Positions 6,858-18,800 of a stretch of 20,000 nt of DNA are shown here, piece after piece. The notes beneath the pieces are model-generated. The model did no database searches and was not told the origin of the DNA. It was given only the letters and a program-made list of their open reading frames with translations. The number at the start of each line of letters is the position of its first letter. The first letter of the stretch is position 1. Position numbers and translations under genes: made by a program. The stretch lies in the IMG/VR virus record IMGVR_UViG_3300027782_000041; one strand, written 5' to 3'. This DNA is from an uncultured virus (IMG/VR IMGVR_UViG_3300027782_000041) (lineage: Duplodnaviria; Heunggongvirae; Uroviricota; Caudoviricetes).

Positions 6858-9800
6858 GCAACAGTTCGTAGTGTAGATTTTCTTCCTGAAATTTTTCAGA
6901 CTGATGCTAACAAACAATTCTTGGCTGCCACACTTGATCAACTGATTCAAGAACCTAACTTTAGAAAAACACAAGGATTCATTGGTCGCTCGGTGGGCCC
7001 AGGTGTTGACCCCAACGACAAGTATGTGGTCGAACCCACAGCGACCAGAGCCAACTATCAATTGGAACCGGGTGTGGTCAGTCTCATACCTGAGACCAGT
7101 CAGATTCGAGATGCAATCACTTATCCAGGACTAAATGATGCCATTGGATTTCAAGGTGGTAATGCCAATCGCCCAGATCGATTGTACTCAAGTGAATATT
7201 ACACATGGGATCCATTTGTAGATTTTGATGCGTTTGTGAATTTTTCACAATATTTTTGGGTACCAGGCGGCCCTGACACTGTGGATGTGGCCGCAACTGG
7301 CGTGTCTACGTCTGATAATTTTGTGGTCACTAGGGCCAATGGCGTTTATACTTTTTCCGGAGTCAACGGTGATAACCCTATTATTGAACTAGTACGTGGT
7401 GGCAACTACACTTTTCAAGTGGCCCAGAACGAAACTGAAACTGTCAACTATCGAGTGAGAAATTCAGGCACGTCGGCCTATGTGATTGATTTTCAAAACA
7501 ATCCTAGTCTAACATTGGCTCGAGGCAACACCTATGTGTTTAACTTGACACTGGATGGGTTGTTCCCGTTTTGGATTAAGACTCAACCTACCACCGGTAC
7601 TGGAGAAACATACACCCAAGGTGTCAGCCGCAATGGTGCAGTGACTGGCCTGGTAACATTTACAGTGCCGCAAGATGCACCCGACACCTTGTACTATGCC
7701 GCACAAAATCAAGCCAGCATGCAAGGCACATTGAATATTGTGGATGGCACCCCGGGAACAGGACCTGGATTCTGGATTCAAACAACTCCCGGAGTGTCAG
7801 GTACTGTCACTGCTACACCTAACATATCCAGTAGAGATGTACTGGGCGTGACCAACAACGGCGAAGATTTGGGTACCCTGGTTTTCAATGTACCCGCTAA
7901 AGATGCACAGAGTTTTTACTACAACTTGACCAGTATTGGCACAATTGATTTGGTGACAGACATGCAGTTTGCACAAATCAACAATCAACCAGTCAGCGAA
8001 TTCATCAGTCAATACAATGGCATTGACGGAATTACAAATCTTGACGGGCGCACTTTGGTTTTTACCAACCCCATTGACGATACTGAAGCAGGCGGATGGT
8101 ATCGTACCAGTTTCTTTGATCCACTCTTAGATGATGCATCCAACGTGGGCGTGGCCGGCAGCTACGACAGCGTGCCTTATGATTATACTATTGATATTGC
8201 ACCCGATCAACGCTATCAAAAGTATCAAATCAGCTACGTAAATATTGCAGGCACCGTGTACATACAGGTGAACAAGATAGCTGATATTGCATCGTTGGAA
8301 AAATTTGTCATTGGTTATGGACAAACCTACAGCAACACTCAATGGTACAAGGACGCCACCGGCGAGTTCCAGCGTATTCCACTGTTGTCCGCAGTACAAG
8401 ATACCTTGTACTATCAAGATGGCACAGATCCAGAAATATTTGGACGTATCAAGCTAATAGAGCAAACACAAACCAACATTATCTATGTGGATGAAGTTCT
8501 AGGGCGCAAAACCTATACCAGTCCCAATGGCGTGGCATTCAGTAACGGACTGAGAGTTCGTTTTACAGGTGATGTATCGCCTGCCAGTTATGGTTCTGGT
8601 TCATCTGCATTTGAATACACAGCAACCGAAGCCGGCACAAACTACATTACCTACAACAATTCCACAGACTTATACGTGGGACAACAGGTGGTATTCTCTT
8701 CACCATCCTTGGGAGGACTCAATGCAGGCCAAACCTATTATGTAAGGTCAATTGCGGCCAACGGCCTCAAATTCACAGTGAGTGCTGCCGACGGCGGCCC
8801 TGCTGTGGTGTTGGCAAACGGTACAGGAGTGGCCGCGGCCACAGCAATCAGCAGTAGAGAATACTATGTGAGTGGAGTGGGCACTGCAATTGAACTACTA
8901 CCTGCTGTGAATTATGTTGTACCTGAACTGTACGTAGAAGACGCAGACGACAGCACAATATCCACAGAACCTGGCCAACCAGATTATTTGACTATTGATC
9001 GCGCCAGCAAAGATTTAAATGCCTGGACTAGAAGCAATCGCTGGTTCCATATTGACGTGCTCAATGCCACAGCTGATTACAACAATACCACTGCGGTGCT
9101 GGACAACAACTACCGAGCCAAGCGACCTATTGTGCAGTTTAGGCCTGGCATGCGCCTGTGGAATATGGGCACATCAGGCAAAGCACCAGTTGACATCATT
9201 GACTTTGAAGAAACAGATGCTTTTAGTAATATTGAAGGTTCCACCAGCTACACTACTGATGGTTACACCTTTGTAGAAGGCACACGAGTTATTTTTGCAG
9301 CAGACGAAGATACTTCTGTGCGCAACAGAATCTATATTGTGAGCTTTGTCACCCCAGATACTATTGCTCCCTTGATACCACAACCTATTATTACTCTTAC
9401 CCAGGCCAGTGACGGGCTGGTTTTACTAGACCAATCCACAGTGTGTATCAGTGGTACCAGCATTGCTGGAAAAACATTTTGGTACAACGGAATTGAATGG
9501 ACAGAAGCCCAGCAAAAAACTTCAGTACAACAAGCTCCGTTGTTCAATATCTACAATCCCGATGGTGTGAGTTTTGGAGATGGCACACAGTATCAATCAA
9601 CCACATTTGCAGGATCAAAACTGTTTAGTTACGCAATAAGCGACACAACCATTCTTGATCCAGTGTTACAGTTCCCTCTCAAGTACTTGAACATCAACAA
9701 CGTTGGTGACATTGTGTTTGACAACAACTTGTATGTTGACACATTCTTGTATGTGGTTGACAACGTGAGTATTACATCAGACATCAGTTCAGGATCTGTG

Positions 9801-12800
9801 AGAGAATACGCCACTCGAACTGATTATCAAAAGTTGATAGGGTGGCAAACGGCTGCAGTAGACCAACAGCTTTATCAGCAGTTTAAATTTTCATACACAG
9901 GCGCCACACTCAAACTAGATGTGGCCGCGGTAGCTCAGACATCGTTGGCTATACCAGTGATTAAAATATATGTAGGAAGTGTTTTTATAGATCCTGGCTC
10001 ATACACCTATACCACCACCGCTGACAGTACTGTTATAACCTTACTCAATACCTATGCTCTGACAGATATCGTGGAAGTACTAGTGCTGAGCGACCAAACT
10101 AGTAAAGTTGCATTTTATCAGGTGCCTGACAACTTGCAAAGCAACCCATTGAACTCTAATTCACAACAGTTTACCTTGGGAACTATCCGCACTCATTATC
10201 AAAGTATATGTGAAAATCTGCAGACTCTCCAAGGTCCAGTAAACGGTGCCAACAACACACGAGATCTTGGCAACATAATTCCTTACGGTCTGGTGATCTT
10301 ACAACAAAGTAGTCCATTGACTCTAGCCGGCTACTTCATGCGCAGTACTGATTACAATATTTTTGCGTCAATGCAATACAACAGTCGCGAGTACATTAAA
10401 TTCAAAGCACAAATGTTGGATTCAGTACTGACACAAAACATTGGATTTAACACCACAGCACAAGTGCTCGACACCGCCATACAAAATGTAACCTTGGGCA
10501 AACTAGATAGCCAACCATTTTATTGGAGTGACATGATACCTGCTGGCATCACCTATGCCAGCACCCCCTACACTGTGGGTTTTATCACAACCAATGTATT
10601 TGATACTGTGCAGGTGTATGATTTTAATACTCAAAATTATCTTGGTCTTTTGGTGTATCTCAATGATCAACAGTTGACCCGGGACGTGGACTACACCGTG
10701 GCCACCGACGGCCCACGTATCACTGTGTTGGCACCACTGGCAGTGGGAGACGTGCTACTGGTCAATGAATACAACGCTACCTATGGAAATTTTGTACCAA
10801 ATACACCCACTAAAGTAGGATTGTATCCTTCTTGGAAACCAGCGTTGATAACTCAGGTTACCAGCAACGGCAACGCACAATTTGTGCTGGGTCACGACGG
10901 CAGTACCACTCCTGTGTTTGGCGACATTCGTGATGATGTGTTACTGGAATTTGAAACACGTATCTACAACAATCTCAAACTGGATGACAACCCAGTACCA
11001 CTTACCATAGACGATGTGTTGCCTGGGCAGTTCCGCGACACAGGATACACATTTGAAGAAATCAACACCATCTTCAGCAGTGACTTCTTGGCCTATTGTG
11101 GCTGGAACAAACTGGACTACAATCAACAAAATTATTTGGCCAACAATGAATTTACTTACAACTACAGTAGCAGTAACAATCGTCTTAACAATCAACCGCT
11201 GTTGGGTGCCTGGCGCGGAATCTATCGATATTTTTACGACACAGAACAACCCAGTTTGACACCATGGCAAATGTTAGGATTGACCAAAGAACCTGATTGG
11301 TGGCAAGACACATACGGCCCAGCTCCTTATACTTCTGACAACTTGGTGTTATGGGACGATCTAGAAGCTGGTCTTGTGGCGGATCCTGTTGCATCATACA
11401 CAGTACCAAAGTATGCACGACCAGGCCTGACTTCGGTGATCCCCACGGACAGTGAAGGTACTTTGTTGAGCCCGCTGGAATGTGTGGTAGGGGTTACCCC
11501 CTTGAATACCAGTTTCAACAATAAATTTTCTAAGAGTTGGGCACTGGGAGATGGCGGACCAGTAGAAGCATCTTGGTACAACAGTTCGTCATATCCATTC
11601 TCTGTGATGCATGTGCTGGCAGTCACACGCCCTGCAAAGTTTTTTGCGTTGTTTGCTGATCGTGACAGATATCGATACAACTTGGACTATGATCAATATC
11701 TACTGGATGATCGTTATCGGTTGGATGCCAACGGCGTTGAAGTCTACGGTAACGGTGTCAGCAAAGCCAGCTATATCAACTGGATTGTGGATTACAATCG
11801 TCAAACCGGCATTGATTCAACTGACTTGTTGACTGCAGATCTACAGAACTTGGACGTGCGATTGTGCTATCGTATGGCAGCATTCTCTGACAAACAATAT
11901 ATCAAATTGTTTACAGAAAAATCCAGCCCTAATTCAACCAACACTGCCTTGATGATTCCTGATCAAAGCTATGACATTTTGTTGTACAAGAACCAACCGT
12001 TTGATCAGGTAAGATACAGTAGTGTGGCTGTGCAAAAAGTTGACAACGGCTATGCTGTTTTTGGATTTGGTAATCAACAACCCTACTTTAACATATTGCA
12101 AAGTCAAGCAGTGGGACGACTTGCAACCTATAGTTCAGGTGGCATAACCGTGCGTATTCCCACTTTCTATACCAACACTGTGGTACAAGTTCCATATGGA
12201 TTTGTATTCAACAACGAAACGGCTGTGTGCGATTTCTTGGCCAGTTACGGTGAACTGTTAAGCACACAAGGCCTGACATTTACTAACATTGCCAATGGGT
12301 ATGTGTTGGATTGGCCACGCATGATTAATGAATTTTTGTATTGGAGTCAACAAGGTTGGGGCACAGATGCAATTATAAATCTAAACCCACTGGCTGCTCG
12401 ACTAGAAATTTCTAGACCTCTAGCAGTGGTTGACAGCATCAACACTGAAACCACAGAGAATCTATTGTTGAATCAAAATTCACAAGAGATACCACCACGA
12501 GCACTCAATATAGTACGATTAGGTAACGATTTCTCCATTGAACCGTTAAACCTGGATGCTATCAGTTATGTTGACATGAGATTTACCAACTACGAACACA
12601 TGATTGTGTTGAACAATCAAAGTGTGTTTGGAGACTTAATCTATGACCCCACAACAGGCGCACGACAAAGTAGATTGAGCATGGTGGCCATGACCACTGC
12701 TGACTGGAACGGGTCAGTCGACGCACCTGGATTTATCTTGAATCAAAATAACGTTCAAGAGTGGACTGGTTTAAAAACCTACAGCAAGGGCGAAATTGTC

Positions 12801-15800
12801 AAGTACAAAAATGTATATTGGTCAGCACTGACTATTGTACAGCCTACTGACAAGTTTGATTTCAATGTGTGGACACAAAGTGATTACACTCAGATTGAAC
12901 TAGGTCTGTTGCCCAACTTGGCCAACAAAGCCGACCAACTGGCCAATAGTTATAATATCAATGCGGCAAACATTGAATCAGACAATGACCTATTAGCATA
13001 CGGCCTGATAGGATTCAAACCTAGACAATACATGGCGGCATTGAATCTTGATGATGTTAGTCAAGTAAACGTGTACAGACAATTCTTGGATACCAAGGGA
13101 ACATTACTGGCCACAGAGCTGTTCAAACAGGCCAATCTTGGCAAAGAATCTGCTGACTATGACGTGTATGAAAACTGGGCAGTACAACGTGCAGTATATG
13201 GTGCAAATGCCAATCGCAGTTATTTTGAACTGCGACTTGATCGTGCCTTACTCAGTAGTAATCCCGGCCTGATTCAAGTCATACAGCCGCAACAGGTCAG
13301 TGAAGCGGATCAAACCATCTTCCTAAGCAATGTATGGCGACAAAGTTTCGCGTTGACATCAACTGACATTTTGCCAGTGACCACAGAACTACCAACTGAT
13401 CTAGGATTACCTACTGCTGGTTATGTGAGTTTAGATGATGCTGACATCACAGTGTTTGACATTGAAAATTCTGCTAGTCTTGCCGCCAATATTGATGCCA
13501 TTCAAGTGGGCACTAGCGTGTGGGTGGCCAAAGTTAACTCTTATGACTGGAACATATATCGTGCTCAAGCAGTACCGGGCACAATTCAACACGTTTGTGA
13601 CAATTTAGACAACACTAGCCGAGCGATCTTTTCAACCAATCATGGCCTGTCAGTAGGCGACAAATTGATTATCAAATTCTTTGACCCCGAAATCAACGGT
13701 GTGTATCAGGTGTTGTCTGTGCCAAATTTAACCACAGTAAATATTGCGTTTAATTTCACTGGCGATCGTGTGGTAGCAAATGGATCAGGACTGGGATTTA
13801 CCTTACAAACCATGCGTGTGGCCCAGGCCAGCGACGTGATCAATTTGCCATATGCCAACAATATTCTACCAGGTGCTAAAGTTTGGGTAGATAACAACGG
13901 TGCAGGTCTGTGGGAAGTTTTACAAAAGAACAGTGTATTTTCTGACATTATCTCATTGAATCCTGTGTTACTAGATGCAGGAGAACAGTATGGTGCCAGT
14001 GTGGCACAGGCCCGTAATAGACTAGCAGCCTTGGTAGGTAGTCCACGATATGGATTTGGTTCTGGTGTAGAGTACGGTGCAATTTATGTGTACGTCAAGA
14101 GCTACGGAGACCAGTACATACCAGTCAGTCCCATTGGTACGAATGATTCAATATTGACCGTGACAACCACTGGTGTAAGAGGCCTGGGCAATTCTGCTGA
14201 TTTTGGCAATCAAACCTGGGCCGTGGCCGGAGCCAGTGCTAGTCAAGGCACCGGCAGTCTAGCCAATGTGGGGTATGCATTTGTAATTTTCCGTGATCCT
14301 CTTCTTGGAGAACCGGGCAGTATCCCTTACACCACATGGCAACTGTTAACCCCGCCTACTGCCCCAGATCGTGCTGTAGCAGGCGAAATGGGATATTCAG
14401 TGGCAGTCAGCCAAGACGAGCGTTGGATGTATGTGGGCGCACCGGGTGCAAATCAAGTGCATGCCTATGGCCAAGTTGACTGGCAACAGCAAGAATTGAA
14501 AGTATTTGCTGATGGTGTGACCAAGTCTTGGGACATTAATAATTCAGTTCAAATTGACAACATATATCAGTTAAAGGTCAGTCTGAATAGACAAGTACAG
14601 ACAGTGGGAGTGGATTACACCATTACTGGTCTCAACACAGTGGCCTTTATCAACACTCCGGGACTGTTTAATGCCACTGCCATTGTGCCTGGAACAGAAT
14701 ACACTATTCTAAGTGTTGGTACAACAAACTTTGTTGCAATTGGTGCGGCCAGTAATACAGCGGGAGTGACCTTTACTGCCACTGGCACAGGCACAGGCAC
14801 TGGTACTGTGCTAGAAGAAACCTTGATTGAGTTTGCAAGATACAACAGTTATCAAATTCCATACACCGCTGTGACACAGAACTTGGCAGATGGTCTAGAT
14901 GCCAATGGTCGTAGACTGGGTCTAGCCACAGTAGAACTTGACAACATCTATTCGTTCAGTATCAAACTCAACAGCAATCTGTTGCGACCCAATATTGATT
15001 ATACCCTTGCTGGAACCACAGTAACATTTTTGATATCATTTATCAGTGCAGATATCTTGGTGGTATCCGCCAAGGGATATTTTACCTACGTGTATACCAT
15101 TGATTCCAGTGATGTTACAGGTGGTCTCACTGCTGGAGATAGATTTGGGCACAGCGTATGTTGTACCACAGACGGACGTCAGGTGCTGATTGGCACACCA
15201 TACAAAGCCATGGCAAATGCCATCAACACAGTGAGCAATACAGGAGTAGCGGCAGGCGCAACAACTTACAGTAATCTCAGTCAGTACAGCACCTCAGGAT
15301 CGGGGTTCGGCGCCAAATTTGATGTGAGTCGTAGTGGATCATCATATGTGGTCACCGTGGTGCGTGGCGGACAAGACTATGCAGTCAATGATACAGTGAC
15401 CATCCTAGGTACATCGTTGGGTGGTACCAGTGTAAATAATCTGACCATAACGGTAAACTCAGTTGAAACCATCACTGAAACTGGATCAACTTATGTGTTT
15501 GATCGCAATGTGCAAAGATTTATCTATGGTACAGACGGCAGTACAGTTGATTTCACAGTACTTGGTTCGGTAACTGGACCAGTTAGTGTATTGGTGAACG
15601 GTCAGTTTTTGATCAATCAACAAAACAGCGTGAATGCTGGACCAGGGCTGTTCAACACATTCACAGTGAACGGTAATATTGTTACCATAGATGCCAACTT
15701 GGCCATAGGTGACATAATTGAAATAGAGACCAATCAGTTCCAACAAGTTCAAGAAGTCGAACAAAACATTATTGCTGAGTTCTCAAACTTTGGTCAAGCC

Positions 15801-18800
15801 ACAGACATTTGTAGCAACAACTGTAGTCTGTATGTGGGAGAACCACAAAGTAGTCAACAAGTTTTCAAAGGCGGCGTGGTCGAGCGTTTTGTAAACCAAA
15901 GTCGCGTGTATGGAACAATTACTGCCACAGTGGCCAATCCAGTACTCGACAACGGTGATACAATTCGTATTAACAATATAGATGTTGCGGTTCCAAATGC
16001 CCCAAATCAAAATGTCGCAGGCCTAGCGGCAGCAATTAATGCAGCGGTACCAAACGTGTTGGCCTCAGTTAATGCCGCTGGATACTTGACACTGAGCGTG
16101 AAGAATTCAGGTGCTGCTCCAGAGTATGACAAACTACAGGTGGCCCCTGGCAGTATTGGTACCACATTTGATGACTTGGGGTTTGAAACATTTGCTTGGA
16201 CTCAAACTATTGAGAGTCCGTATGCTACAGAGATGGCAGGATTTGGTGGTAGCGTCAGTATTGATGACTCCGCGGTCAATCTAGTGGTAGGTGCGCCTCG
16301 GGGTACCTTGTATCTTGAAACAGAATTTGACGACGGAACCACCTTCTTTGATGCTGGCAGTACTGTGTTCTTTTCGATTATTGTGCAAAGTGGAGCAGTA
16401 TACACATACGATTACTTGCCTAGTTCAACGCTGTTGATAACCAATCCTGGCAAGTTTGTGTTTGGACAACAGGTCAATAATGCAGATGTTGCACCATACG
16501 ATGGATTTGGCACAGTAGTAAACTATACTTCTGGTGTGCTCATGGCAGGTGCACCTAAGAACGACTACAGCGACAGCACTGCCGACTATGGCGCAGTGTT
16601 TGTGTTTGAAAACGCCACTCGCACACCTTCATGGACTGTGTTGAGAGAACAACAACCGGTGGTAGATATTCGCTTGTTGAACAGTGTGTTCTTGTACGAT
16701 CGAATCACTAGCGCCAAGTCAGAATTTTTGGACTTTATCAATCCGTTGCAAGGTAGAATACTAGGGGCGGCCAGACAAAATCTTGACTATATTGGTGCAG
16801 TAGATCCTGCGGCCTACAATATTGGTCCTGCAAATATAACAGGAACCACCTGGGGTACACAGCATGTGGGTGAGTTGTGGTGGAATATTAGTTCTGTAAG
16901 ATTTATTGATCCCAATCAAGATTCAATAGTGTATGCGAGTCGACGCTGGGCGCAGTTGTTCCCGGGCAGTGAGATTGATGTGTACCAGTGGATAGTTAGT
17001 GATCAACCTCCAGGCAACTACACAGGCGAAGGTACTCCGTTGAACACGGTGTCTTACACTGTCAACAGTAAACTCACTATAGACGGAACATTTGCCACTG
17101 AATATTATTTCTGGGTGCGAGGCATCACAGTCACTGCCACACAGCTGGGCAAAACATTACCAGCCAGCACAGTGGCTTCTTATATTCAAGATCCACGTGC
17201 TAGCGGTATTGCCTATATGGCTCCTATCAATGCCAGTACCATTGCATTGTACAACAGTGCTGATTATATTGAAGCCAGTGATACTATTATCAGTATTGAG
17301 TTTGATCGTGAATTGACCACAGACAATGTTCACGTGGAATATGAACTGATTCCACAAGATCGTGCAGACGGTTTCTTGAGTACTAACTTATATCGCAAAT
17401 TCCAAGACAGCTTCTGCGGTGTTGACACTTTTGGTAATCTAGTGCCAGATCCCAATCTAAGTCCAGCCGAGCAGTATGGTGTACAGTTCCGTCCACGGCA
17501 GAGCATGTTTGTGGACCGTTTGGGCGCACTCAAGAACTATCTCACCAGAGCCAATACTGTATTAGCTCAATACCCTATTGCTGAAACAAGAATTTTCAAT
17601 CTGTTAAATTCCAGTGAACCGGAGCCTAGTCAAACCGCTTTGGTAAATGGCATCACAGTAACAAATTGGAATCTGCGTGTGGCAACCCAAGAAATATTAG
17701 GGTTCCAGACACCATATTGGAGCAATCCTACTGGTTCTATACCCATTGGCTACAAATATCTAGTGGCAACTGACAGCGCCAACCGAGGCTTATGGACAAT
17801 CTACACTGTGCAAAACAGTGATGTCACAGCAGGACAACGTGTGTTGGTGCTGACCAGTGTGCAAGGATACAATACCCCAGACTACTGGAGTTACATTGTG
17901 TGGAACCGCCCGGGGTACAACACCAGTACCAAGGTAATCACAGAGGTTATAAACTATGCAGCATTGAGCGGGCTCACTGTTGACATTGGCAGCTCGGTCA
18001 AAGTAACAGCCAATGCTCAGGGCAAGTATGAAATTTATCTGCGCACCGACACTGGATACGAACGTGTGGTACTACAAGATGGTACTATAGAATTCTCAGC
18101 AGAATTGTATGACTATGCTCTGGGTCGATTTGGATTTGACCTAGAAGTATTTGATGCACAGTACTACGACCAAGAGCCTGTGACAGAAACTCGCAAGATT
18201 ATTCAAGCCATTAATGAAGAGTTGTTTGTGGACGACTTGGCAATTGAACGCAACAAGGCCCTGGTGCTGATGTTTAATTATGTGTTGAGCGAATTCTCAG
18301 CACCTGAGTGGCTAGTCAAAACGTCCTTGATTGATGTAGACCATAGAATCCGAGAATTGTTGCCGTTCCAGAACTATCGCCAGGACAACCAAGAATTCGT
18401 GGCAGATTACATTCAAGAAGTCAAGCCATATCATGTGAGTGTTAGAGAATTTAATCTAAAGTATACTGGTAGTGACCAATCCTTTGGAGACAACACAGAC
18501 TTTGATGTACCAGCCTATTTCAATACCGATCTGCAGATAGCAAAATACACCAGCCCAATCTTGTTGCCTTATGAACATGGCACAGCATTTAACGCCAGTA
18601 TCAATATTCAAAGCGATCTACCTGCGTCAAGCACAGTGTGGGAAGAATGGCCGTATTCACAGTGGTATACAAATTATCTGCTGAGTCTTGACAGTGTGGA
18701 AATAATTGATGGTGGATCAGGATACAATGAACCGCCACAGGTGACATTTGTGGGAGATGCTGTTATAGTTGCTCAGGGAACCGCAGTGATCAACAGCCTA

